A stretch of DNA of 27,402 bases from Peribolospora baueri (taxonomy: Eukaryota): contig JAMDHS010000084.1 in the NCBI GenBank assembly GCA_029717555.1, positions 62,001 through 89,402 on the forward strand. Reading direction: 5' to 3'. Both the position numbers and the translations under genes were made by a program. The notes under the pieces are model-generated. The model saw only the letters and a list, made by a program, of their open reading frames with translations. It made no database searches and had not been told where the DNA came from. Within the stretch, counting starts at the first letter, position 1. Every line of letters starts with the position of its first letter. Shown here in pieces: positions 1 to 12,342 of this stretch.

Positions 1-713
<713 letters not shown>

Positions 714-1274
714 CTAACCTGGTCCTGTCAGTCGGTCGGTCGGTCGGTCGGTCGGCCGTCCTGCGGTGCCAGGAGGGAGCGCCAGAGGAAGAGGAGGAGG
801 AGGCGACGAGGAAGGAAGGGGGGAAAGGGGCGATGGCGAGAGTGGCGGTGTAAAGTGAGGTCGGTACGAGGTGGAGTGAGCGAGTAACGACGACGACGTT
901 GGCTGGTGACTGGCGACGACGCCGGTCAGTTCGGTTGCAGTTGTTGTTCGATCGTCTAGCGAGCGGCGCGGCGCGGCGAGCCGTTCCGAGACGCGCCGTC
1001 GGTTGTCGATCGTCGGTCGTGGGCGACGCCGGCGAAGCAAGGCGAGAGGAAAATCTAACTAGGATAAGAGGTGTATGCACGTCAAGCGGAGCGGAGGCGA
1101 TCACGAGCTCGTCCTCGTCCGTCGATTTATTCGGGGGCGAGCCGTGGCGAGGTGGATGGGGAGGGAGGGGCACGAGGGGCGAGGCGGAGGCTTCGGAGTG
1201 GGCCGAGGGCGCGGACGGACGGGCTGGGCTGGGCTAGAAAACAATGGCGCAAGGAGAGCGAGGGCAAAAGGGCC

Positions 1275-1337
1275 GGGGGGAGGGGGAAAGGGGGGTGGGT
1301 AGGTGGGAAAGGGGGGTGGGTAGGTGGGAAAGTGGGA
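1275..1337 (+). repeat. G-rich 21-nt tandem repeat (GGGAAAGGGGGGTGGGTAGGT x2 plus partial copy); potential G-quadruplex
   Basis: Units at 1284-1304 and 1305-1325, with multiple G3-G6 runs separated by short loops. Confidence 0.8.
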
Positions 1338-1625
1338 AGTCGAGGTGGATGATGGATGGATAGATGTGGTGGGCGGTGGTTGAGATAGATATCCGAGGGT
1401 TGGACCGGTGGATGGGAACGGCCGAGCGGAGGGCGGTTGACGACGAGGGAAGGGAGAGCGAGACAGGCGCGTGATGGCGGATCACAAGCCGACGGCGGGC
1501 GTGGAAAGCGGAAGGAGGCGGAAGAAAGAGGGAGGCACTGTACGGAGGTATGCGGGAGGGGGGGATGTCTGTGGCGTACGGAGGGTGGAGTGGAGGGTGG
1601 AGGGTGGAGGGAGGAGGATGGAGGT

Positions 1626-1680
1626 GGAGATGGAGATGGAGATGGAGACGGAGGAGGAGGAGGAGGAGGAGGAGGAGGAG
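1626..1680 (+). repeat. Compound microsatellite (GGAGAT)n-(GAG)10
   Basis: Read directly from the sequence; it is the source of the spurious MEMEMEEEEE and WRWRW ORFs. Confidence 0.9.
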
Positions 1681-3452
1681 GGATGATATCTGTCGAGGGA
1701 CGTTTGTGTCGCCGCCACTTGGAGCCGAGTCGAGTCGAGCGACGGACGGCGGCGGGCTGGGCTCGGCTGGGCTGGGCGGCTTGGGCGGCGGTGGTCGTCG
1801 GTTGTTGGTGGTGGTGGTTTGTTGGTCGTCGTCGTGGTGGTCACCGTCGAGCTCGTGGCCGGAGCAACCCGAGGCGGTGGAGGAGGGGATGGATGGACAG
1901 TAGACAGTCTAGACAGACAACCAGTCAATCAGTCAGTCAGACTGCGTCCGACGTTCCGATCGTCCACCGAGCCCACTCTGCGCCGCCCGTCGGTGTCTGG
2001 CATTGGTGAGCGGCGGAGCGAACCGAGCGACGGCGCGTTTCCATCTCAAGCTGTCGTCGGCGTCTCCCCATCGTCGTCGTCGTCGTTTGGAAAACCGCTC
2101 GTCGAGCCGACAGTCGACCGACGGTGACGATGGCCCCTGACGGCGCTCGCACAACACCTCCAATTTCGCCTGCCCCGAGGATCGGACATACAACACAGAC
2201 AGACGGTGGGAGCACATGGCGCACACTAAACCTAACCAACCGACGCCGGCCACGGCATATCCATCTATCTGTCTGTGCTGGCTCGTCTTTTTCACTCTCA
2301 CTCTCGCTCTCGCGACCCGATCGATCGATGATGGGACGCCAGACGTACAGACGTACAGGCGGACGGGAGGACGGACGGACGACAACAAACACGTGAAGAT
2401 AACAAAAAAACGCAGAAAAGAGAAAAAAAAGAACGAGCCGAGCCGAGCCGAGCCGACCAGACCAGACCAGATCAGACCGCGCGGTTTTCGCCACGACCCG
2501 CGGGCCAACACGACAACGGCAGGTTGGCAGAAGCGAGCGAGCAAGCTTTTATTTCAAATCCGCCCGCCTCCACAACGGCGACCGATGGACGGAGGCGTAG
2601 TCGACTGATTGACTAGGCCGTAGCGACCTTCGCCGAACGCAACGCCTGCCCGCCGCCGCTCGCTCGTCCGTTCGTCTTCATGCGACACAACGCAACGCAA
2701 CGCAGTCCGAGCGCACGGAAGGAGAGATGGATAGATATGTAGATAGGAGGACAGACGAGACAGGTGGACGGACGGAAGGACGCACGGACGCACGGATGGA
2801 CGGCGAGGATGGACGGATGGTTGAATGGATGGATGGATGAAAGAGGAGGATGGATGACGGGATAGGATCCGATCCGATCCGCCCGCCTCGACCGCCTATC
2901 CTCCAATCACGCCCCTCCGATGCATCATCCCCTCCCGGCCTCCACATCGTCCGTCGCTTCGCTTGTTGGCCGTCGGCCAGGCATGCGAGTAACCCTAACT
3001 AACGTGCGTCAACTAAGGAAAAACGAAGGAACGAAACCATCCTCGTGGTCGTCGTGGTTCGTCGTCCCAGCAGCCCGCCCGAAACCGAACAGAGCAGAGT
3101 GGCGCGAAGTGGAAAGCGGAGAGGATTACAACACAGGTTATCAAACAAACCCGCGGAAACGGAACCGGAGCAAAGGGAGAAGGAGGAGGAAAATAGTAAG
3201 GCAGGGGTATTAAAGGTACAAACAATGTTCGAGCGAAGACGGTCGGCCGGACGGACACAAGGCGTACAACAGACAACAGAGAGGGACGGCGGCATACACG
3301 ACATCATACGGACACGCAGGTCACAGGAGAACGAACGAACGACACAAACGAAGCGATATGGGCGCTTCGCAAACGAGCGGAGACGGTACAAGCAAAGTAA
3401 GAAGCAAAAGCGAGAAAAAAAGAAAAAGGAAACGCGACGACTCCCCCCCCCC

Positions 3453-6400
3453 TCAGGACGTCCTCGCCGACCCAAGGCGCGACGAAGCGCCGGCGGCGGG
3501 AACGGAAACGGAAACGGAAACGGAAACGGGATAGTCCCGATAGTCCCTCTCCCGCGCCTTCTCTTCCATCCACGTCCTCAATGCCTTTGGGCTGCTCCAC
3601 GCCGGGCTCTTCAGGTCCAGACCCAAGGACGCCGTCGAGACGGGCGTCGTCGCCGGCGACGACCCCCTCTGCTGCGTTTTCGTCGGCGTCGTTAACATGC
3701 CCCCCGAAGGCGGCATCATCGCCGGCGTCAGCATCGCCGTCGTCGTTGCCGACGTCGGCGTAGACGTCCCCACCGAGTAGGCCGAGACGGACCAGGCGGC
3801 GGACGCCGGCGTGGTCGCCGTCGCCATCGCCGTGGAGGCGAGCCAAGCGGACCGCTGGTCCGCGATCCTCTTCGACCGAGGGCTCATCGTCGGAGACAAC
3901 GACGACGACAACGACGTCACGGCCACCACGTTCATCTCCGCGCCGCCTCCGAGAGACTTGGCCAGGTCGAGTTGGGCCAGCGGTTGTGGCGCCCCGCGCT
4001 TGCCTTGGCCGCCTCCACCACCACCACGGTTTCCGACGGGCTCGACGGCGGAGATCGAATACGACCTCGGCGGCGGAGCAGCGTCGCCTGCACCGACCTT
4101 GAACGCTCTCGCCTGCTCCTCCGCCAGCTCGTCCCAAGGGCTCGAGCTCGACGCGAGGGGAGGAAAGGTGTCCAGAGGCGACGGTGATCTTCTGTTCTCC
4201 AAAGGAGACCCGGCCGACTGCGTGCGCCGCGGGATTTTGAGATGAAGGATTTCCCCGGGCCGCTCGTCCGATTCGGCAGGCGGCGGCGGTGGCGATGACG
4301 ACGACGACGACGACAACGACGACGAAGACGATGACGGCTTTTCCGTCGGAGGCGGCTTGGGAAAGCGGAACGACTGCGCTGCCTCGTTGTTATTGTGCCT
4401 CTTCCGGTGCGACTGCTGCGCGGTGGGAGCGGCAGTAGTCCGCTTTGACGGAGCGGGAGCAGAGGAGTCGAGGGAAGAAGCCAAGTGCCGCCTGCCCTCG
4501 TCGCCGCCGCCCGCATCATCGTGATCGCCGGCGGCACGACGTTTGGACAGAGTGAGCGGCGGCCGCATCTCGATCTCGACCTCGGCCTTGTTGTTGTTGT
4601 TGTCGCCGTCGTCGTCGCCGTCGGAAGAAAGAACGCTCTCAAACCTTCGATTTTCCCCGTCCTTGATGGCGAAACCGGCGGTGGCAGCTTCTCCAAGACT
4701 GGCGACAGACTGCCGGTTATTCCAGCTAATACTTTGGCTTTGGCTCTCCACGTTGGACACGCAGGTCGAGAAGGACGAGAACGCCGATCTGGGCTGTCGA
4801 CGACGACGCTCGCACTCGCTAGGACTTGCTTCTTCGCCCAAGTCCTGGTCGGTCTCTGAAGGAGCGTACGACTCGTCGACCACCCACTCGTTGTTATCCA
4901 TCTTTTCCTTCCTGCCGCCGCCCTTGGCATGCGGGCCTCCTCGTCGAGATGACGTCGGCGGAGAGCGGAGCAGGCACTGGACGGGGCCGCCGGTCGGGGG
5001 GGGAGGAGGGATAGGGCTCGTGGGCGGCGGGGCTGGGCGCTGTTGTAGAAGGGAGCAACGGCGAGAGGGCGAGCCGCCGAGCCTACGAAGAGGGCTTCCG
5101 GCACTTGTTGACGATGCGACGGAATCGCGCTTTGGCGACGGAGCGTGGGACGAGGTCGTCGTCGTCGTGGTTTCAGGCAACGAGGCGGCTGTGAGGGGTC
5201 GGACGGGACCGGCGGCCCGGTCGACGGGCGAGGGAGAGGACAAGTAGAGCGAGTCTGTGTGACCTCGAGTTCGAGGGGCGATGGGGGAGGGCGCATCGGT
5301 GAGATTGAGCGAAGGGGAGCGGCCGATCTGCGACGGCGAGGAGAAAAGCAAAGAAGACGTTCAGGCACACACACACACACACATCACGAGAGGGGAAGGA
5401 AGGAAGCGGCGTACCTCGTTCGCGTCGCCTAACAAGCTCCCCCTATCCCTATCGCTATAGAGCAAGAGCACCTCGGCCACCCTCCCCGTATCTTCATCCC
5501 CGGCGTATTTCTCTCTTCCATCCTCGTCCTCATCCTCCGTGTGTGCCGAACGCGAATTCGAATTCGAAGATTGCGACGCCAACGTCCACCGAGCGCTATC
5601 CCCGCTGCTGCTCTTGGTAAGATCGACAAGGTGCGAGCCAGAGGTGACGAGGTGGCCGAGCCTGTCGAGGGCGTCCTCGCTCTCCTCGCTGCCCATACCC
5701 ATGCTGTCTATGGTGGTGGTGCTGCTGGTGGTGGTGATGATGGCGGCAGAGGTCCGGCGGGCCTCTTCTTCTTCTTCGCCGACGACGTCGTCGTGCTCTG
5801 GACCGTGACCGTTTGAGGTGGAACAGAGCTCGACGTGCCTCGGCCGAGGCGTGCTCTCGAGTCCGGCGGCGACGGCACCGTCCGACGCTTCCGCACCCGG
5901 GCCATCGCCATCTCTTCCTCCATCTTCTTCGTCTGCGACCGCGACCGGATCCGACTCCACCCGCTCCTCCTCGTCGACCCACTCGCCCTGCCTCTCCTGG
6001 TCGCTTTCATCGTCGTCATCGTCCATGGGAGCGGCCGACGCCGTCGAGCCGGACAGCCCGACGACGCCATCGATGCCCAAGCCGAGCGCGCCATGGTCGA
6101 CATTACGACTCCGAGTCCGGTTCGGCCGACTTGCCGTCCGTTCTCCCACTCTGACCCTCCCCCAGACCTCGACCTCGACCGCCTCGCCCTCGGCGGCCTC
6201 GGCAGCCTCTTCAATCCGCATCTGCATCTCCTCCTCCTCATCCCCACACGTCACAATCTCCAACGCATCGCGTATCAACCTCATCTCCACCTCCATCCTA
6301 TCGATCGCTTTGAGCGCGTGGCGTACTGCGTCTTCCCTTGCCCGTATGCCCGCTCGTCGTCTCGCTCGAGCTCGTGCTTGTCCTTTCGCTTGTCCTTTCG

Positions 6401-7838
6401 CTTCTGCTGTCCTGTCCGCGCTCGTGCTCGAGGTCTGGTGCCGGCCGTCGACAAGGGGCAGAGGTGTCGTGCGGCCTGGCCACTCCTCTTCCTCCTCCTC
6501 CTCTTCCTCCACCCTGTCCTTGCCCTTGTTTTTGTTCTTGTTGTCCCCCATGCCCAGGACGGCGGCGGCGCAGTCAATATCGACGGCGTGAAGCCTAGCG
6601 TCGCGGTAGGAGAGCGAGCGGGAGGCAGATAGGGAGGAGAGGGACGATACCGATGTCGACGACGACGAAGAAGAAGAAGATGATGATGACGACGGCGACG
6701 TCCGTTGGAGCTCCGGAGACGGAGAAAATGACGGCGATTGGCCGGCGTCGGTCTTTGCTGGGGCGAGGTGGGCATGGGCTGGCTCGAGCGTCGGCACCGG
6801 CACCGGTGGCAGGCGCTGGTTGGAAACCATATTCGGAGAGGGAGCGGCCGCGGCGGAGGAGGAAGACGAAACGGAATCGTTCCTCCCTCTCTCCCTGTGC
6901 CTGCCGAGGATGGGCACTGGCGGTGTCGACGCACCTCCGAGCCGGTCTCGTTCGCGGTGCTGCAAGAGGAACAGCTCCTTGCGCTGCACCACCTTGCCGC
7001 GGTTCGCCCATGATGCCGCGGGCAGGGGCGCCATGGCCGTAGTGGTAGTGGTAGCGCCAGTAGCAGTAGCAGAGCTCGGTTTGACGCCCCCTTCCTCCGG
7101 CCGGTCGACCGCGGCAGCGTTCGGGAACACGTCGTTGGACAACAGCGTGGGAGTGGAAGAGGCGGAGCGAGACGGGCGAGCGGCCCTGCCGGTCGTCCTA
7201 AACGGCTCTGACCGAGGGGAGAGAGGTCGACTGGCGAGGGAGGACATGGGCATGGACATGGACGAGCTCGGTCGGTCCGTCAGGTCGCCGTCCGCGCCGT
7301 TCGCGCCGTCCGAGCTCGGGCCGGCGCCCGTCCCTTTCGGCCCGGGGAGGGGCAATGGGACGGAGACGAGGGTTGGCGTGGAAGGTTTGGAGGAGGCAGG
7401 AGTGGAGTACTGTGAGCGTGTCCGGCGATGGGCCGTCGAGTCAAAGGTGTGGGAGGAAGAAGTAGTTGCGGCGGTGGAGGAGGAGGAGGAAGAGGAAGAG
7501 AAGGGCCGGCTGTCTTCGCTCATGCTCTTGCTCCTGCCGTGGTGGAACGGGCGAAAGGGACCGACGGCAGCAGAGCCGGAGGAGAAGAAGGGCGAGGGCA
7601 TCTTGGAGGGTGTCCGGGAGGAGGTGCGGGCGGTGATGGGGGGACGAGCGGGGGGCAGGGCGCGCGGGCGGGAAGAGATGGATAGAAAGGGATCAGAGTG
7701 GAGTGGGTGAAGGTGAGAGCGGTGGTCGTCGGTTGTTGGTGGTGGTGGTGGCGGTGGTGGTAGTAGTAGTGGTGGTGGTGGTGGTTCGGCGGTGGCGGTG
7801 ACGGTGAGGCCGAGCGAACGACGGTTGTACCTGACCAT
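3453..7838 (-). CDS. Large Ser/Pro/Thr-rich, probably disordered hypothetical protein; exons 7838-5415 and 5327-3453 (~1432 aa; ~1353 aa if started at ATG 7601)
   Basis: The 825-aa and 632-aa ORFs join in frame across an 87-nt phase-0 intron (GAG|GTACGC at 5414 ... pyrimidine tract, CGCAG|ATC at 5328) that contains a (TG)n repeat. No domain recognised. One helical segment: RRRAGIRAREDAVRHALKAIDRMEVEMRLIRDALEIV. Confidence 0.75.
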
Positions 7839-9385
7839 GCTTTCTATCTTTCCACTAGCGACTAGTGACTAGCGGTGAGGGAGACGGGGTATTGTATCGG
7901 GAGGAGCGCACGGACCGCGTGGGGCGCAACGTGGAGCGTGCTTGGGCCGAACAGGCCGACGGCGAGGGAGGCAAGAGAAGAGAAAGAGACAGCGGCAAAG
8001 GCGAATCCGCTGTCGGCGGCCGCGATGCGCTGCTGCTGCTGCTGCATAGGCCACGCACGGACCGACGCCGACGCCGAGGGCGAGCAAGCGATTTGTGGCC
8101 GCGTCGAGGCGGCGTACGCGATGTAATTACGTGCGCCTTGGGCGGGGCGGTGAGTCGCGCCGCGGCTCGTCTCACTGAAAGAGAACTGGAGGCGGTGGAG
8201 GAGGGAAAAGAGAAGAAAGCGTGGGTGGAGCGGAGAAAAGAGAGCGAAAGAAGGGAGCGGCGGTGGTGGAAGGGAGGGCGAGGAAAGAGGAGGACGATCG
8301 ATGGCGCTCGATCGTAATAACAGGCGACGACACGACACGACAACACGGATGGCGACCAGCGACGGCGCTCCGCTCAGAGTGAGCGCACGAACGACGCGCG
8401 GCATCCGTCCGTGTCCGTGTCCGTTCAAGTACAAGTACAAGTACAAGCCAGCCATCTCGCGATCTCGCGCTGGCTGGCGAGGAAGGAGGAAGCGGGCAAG
8501 GTACGATGCGCGTCCGTCGTCATAGTACGGGCTGTGGAACGCCGGCGGGAACAGCGAACAGCGAGCAGAGCGACGAGATGGTCACGGCGCGTCTGGCTGC
8601 GTCACCGAGACGATCGAATCAGCGCCGTTCCATACGTCGAGACATGGAAGGCACGGAACGAGGCGGGCGAGCGAGCGAGATGGTGCGTGGGCGAGGAACG
8701 GAGAGCGGGGTGAACGTCTCAGTGCAACTTTCCTTTCCGGTGAGGTGAGATGGCTCGTCGCTATAGTTGCTGTATCATGCTCGAGCGCTCGCCCGTCCAT
8801 GCATCCTCCACCTTCCATCTTTCATCCTTCCATCCTTTCAGCCTTCTGCCGTCCCATCTCCCGTCGTAGTCACCGCCCATTCGATATGACGCTCCCAGTC
8901 GGATCACTGCCGTCCGCACGTGGCACCCACGTGGTCACTCACCCCTCAGGGGCGTCGTTCACCGCCGCCGCTCACCGCAGCCCCACCTCGACGTGGACCC
9001 GGCAGGCAGGCCGAGTCGGGTCGAGTCGAGTCGAGATGATGGGTGCTCCGCTCTTTCGAGCCCGGCCCGTTCCCCTTTCCCTCGTCTCCTCTCTCTCCTT
9101 CCCTTCTTTTTTACTGCTCGCGCACGTCTCTTCTGACGTCCAACCTCCAATTGGAACACCCTCCCGCCGCCTAACGAACGAACGAACGAACGACCGAATA
9201 ACGGAACAACGGAACGATCGATCGAACAACAAACATACCCAGGGCATCAAAGCACGAACCACCAACGACCGTAACGATCCCGACGATGCTGGCCACCCGC
9301 TCTCGCTCCTGATCCTCGCCGCAGATAAACGCCCTCTTTCACCGCTACGGACGGACGGCTCGGACGCGGACGCGGACGATCGAGG

Positions 9386-11827
9386 ATGTACGCCGGCCTG
9401 CCGGCCTACGACGATGACGACCACCACCACCACCTCGGTCGCCACCACTCACACGAAGCGGGGCGTTATCTATACGATGCCCCGCCGCTCCCACGCGAAG
9501 ATCAACGCCCAAACCACGACTCTGACCCGGACATCGACGAACAAGATCTGGCCGAGTATGCGGAGGCGGCGAGGAGAGAAGAAGACATGGCCGGCAACGC
9601 GAGTAGGAGGGGCACGGGCACGTCCTTGTCCGTTGGATCTGTCTATCGCCATTCCCTCCCTCCCCCTCGCCCATCCGTATCGTCGTCCAGTTATCGGCAC
9701 GTCTATCAACGCGCGGGAGAGGACCAGTACGAGAGCCAGCACGGCTATCGTGACCCCTACGTCCACCATTACGATGTCCAGCCACACTCTTACCCTGACC
9801 CACTCCTCTTCTCGTCCCCGGCGCCCCTCCCAGGCCCCTCCTCTCCGCCCTCCGTCTCCGTCTCTTCTGCCCGCACCCGCTCCTCCTACCCTTACGGACA
9901 CTTTTTGCAGCCCCACTTCGCCGCGGATGGTCTGACAGGCGAGGAGAGCCCGGAGATGTTCAAGCCCGACGCGCCTCACCATCTTCGGACCGACACCGGC
10001 GCCGGAGGGGCCGGCGAATTCGGCGCGATCGGCCGCCATTCTGTCCTGAAGAACGACGACATAGAAGACCTGCCTCATTTCCCTCGTTGGTCTAGGGCTT
10101 GGGTGAGTCGGCAGCCGTTCACGCACCTTATCGGGGAGGTGAAAAAAGCGCCTCTTTTATTCACCTGCGCTCTATCTATACCAGTACGGAGGCCACCTGT
10201 CGACCAACGGCCACGCCTACACAGCCTATACCCCGCCCTCCGCCGTCGGAGGCGGCTCATCGGACCCGTACGGTGGATGGGAGACGGCTGAATCAGGAGG
10301 CGCCTACTCCCACCCTTCCCTCCTCGCCCCTTCCTTTCGCCCTCATGGCGGCAGCGCGAGACAGCAGCACCAACAGCTGGCGGAGTACGTCAAGGAAGAG
10401 CGGATCCGCATGCTCGAAAAGGAGTTTGGCACAAAGGTCAAGAGGAAGGGAGAGGAGGCAGCCGAAGAAGACGAAGACGAAGAGAAGGAAGAGTTGTTAC
10501 CTGGCACCGTGGACAACCGCGGTAGACTGGTCACCGTCGGCAAGAAGAAACGTGCCGCTGCGAGGTGGGCACAGGGTGTCTTGGGCCTCTCTGCCGTGGG
10601 CGCTGGTGTTGGGGGTGTGTTGGTGAGTTGTGATACGCTGGCTTGGTGGGCGGTTTGAGTGAGGTCTCCTCACGCTTGCCGCATGTGTGTGCTGAATCTC
10701 CTCCTTTCCACATACGTCCAGCTTCTCAAACCCAATCCCGCGCCGCCACCCAAAGGCACCCTGCCGTCCTACGTCCTCTACGTCGTCTCTCTCCTCTCCT
10801 TCCTTCTTACCTTCTATCTCTACGTCATCTCCCCCACTTGCTGCGCCGGGCCTCGACGACGCGGCGGCGGCGGACAGGGCTGGGCGGGAGCGGATGGACT
10901 CGGCGGGCTTGTCATACCCGTCATCTCCGCGGGCGGACCGGCCGGTGGGGGAGGCTGCTGTGGAGGAAGGAAGAAGACACCGATGACGACGGCGAGAGCG
11001 AGCGTAGGGGGACTCGGCGGCGGCAGGAGAGGCGCCCAGCCTGTGTCGGTCAACCTCATCGTCGACCCTTCCCTCCTCGGCGCGGCAAGCTCGGGCGGTC
11101 TCATCGACAAGAAGACGACGAAGAAGAAGAAGGGACGACGACAAGGAGGCGTCGTCGCCGACGATGGCGATTCCGAGCCAGATGCGTCCTCTTCTTCTCC
11201 CTTCTCTTCTGACGACGACGACGACCATCTCCCAGGGCGCGCTCGCCGGGGTCGCAAGCGAGGAAAGGGCCGCAGGCCGGCGGCGGGAGCGCTGGGCGTG
11301 GTGGGACAGATGAGGATGAAGGCGAGATGGGCCGAGGCGCGCACGTCGCTCAAGGTCCGCCTCGCTTGGGACGTGGTGCAGGCCGTCGTGTGGATTTTTG
11401 TATCCGTGCTCGTCATCGGCGTCGGAAAGAAGTGTCCTCCCGGCACCGCCGGCGGGTGGTCAGTCCTGCTTTTCTTTACTCGGCGGCCGAAGCCCGACGG
11501 CCGGGCTTTCGTATATGCGAAGCGCTCACCTAACCTATTTATCTGCCCCTAACCCGAACTTTTTGCTTCTCGCTTCTCGCTTCTCCGCAGGTGCGACGCC
11601 TACAACGGCGCTACGGCCTGCGGAGCGCTCCTCATCGTAGCTTTCGGTGCCAGCATCTTCTTCGACGCCACAGACTTGCGGTGAGCCAGCTCGGTTCGGT
11701 TCGGTGCCTGCCCCGCCGTTCGGTTCCAGCGAAGCTCACCCTCACCCTACCTTGTCCTCGCCTCGCCTCGGTCGTCAACGATGGTCATTGCAGCATGACC
11801 CGGCGTCCGCCTAAAGCCGTCCTCTGA
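9386..11827 (+). CDS. Hypothetical 4-TM membrane protein (~671 aa); exons 9386-10102, 10185-10622, 10722-11458, 11591-11680, 11794-11827
   Basis: All four GT-AG introns restore one frame. The protein has a long Tyr/His/Pro-rich N-terminus, the motif EYVKEERIRMLEKEFG, TM1 (WAQGVLGLSAVGAGVGGVLLL), KPNPAPPPKG, TM2 (YVLYVVSLLSFLLTFYLYVISPTCC), a Gly/Lys-rich loop, TM3, KKCPPGTAGGWCDAYN and TM4 ending SIFFDATDL. Confidence 0.85.
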
Positions 11828-12342
11828 GATTTGGCCCCGCTCGCCTAGCCCCCGTGTCGTGTCGTTCATGTCGTGTCGTGTCGCGTTTCCTTCCATTCTG
11901 CATTCGTCCACTTGTGTGTGTACAGTAACTCGAGTACGACGCTTCACATTTCCCGTCTCCCTTTCCCCCTCCCCTCCCCTCCACCCGTCTCAACGTTTCA
12001 TCTCATCGAGCGATTCCCGATCCCCCAAAGGTTCCTTTTTTTTTTCGCGTGTTCCATCGCCCCGCCTGCATCGAAATGCCGACCCGGATATATCCAACTC
12101 ATCGCTCCCACTCGATCCCTCTCCGCGCGGGCACGGACGTGAACCGACTTTTTCCCCGCTTTTTCCCCGCTCGCACACACACACAAATCCCGAAAACCGT
12201 GATTTTATTCTTTCCTTCCCCCCCCCCCCCGGGGGCCGAAATGCGTGCCGTGCCGCACGCGCCGGCTCCCTTAGCCCGTGTCGATCTTTCTCTCTCCCGG
12301 ACGGACGGACGGGCTTCGATGGCCGTGAAAGAAAGCGGGATG

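Noticed and set aside
2990..3003. TAACCCTAACTAAC, telomere-like
   Set aside because: Fewer than two full units; compatible with chance.
3581..7710. Long plus-strand ORFs antisense to the orphan gene
   Set aside because: Shadow ORFs expected opposite a GC-rich low-complexity CDS.
8745..9935. 396-aa ORF overlapping the TM gene start
   Set aside because: It crosses promoter-like pyrimidine tracts and (AACG)n repeats. The 9386 frame is the one that splices in frame to the downstream motif-bearing exons.
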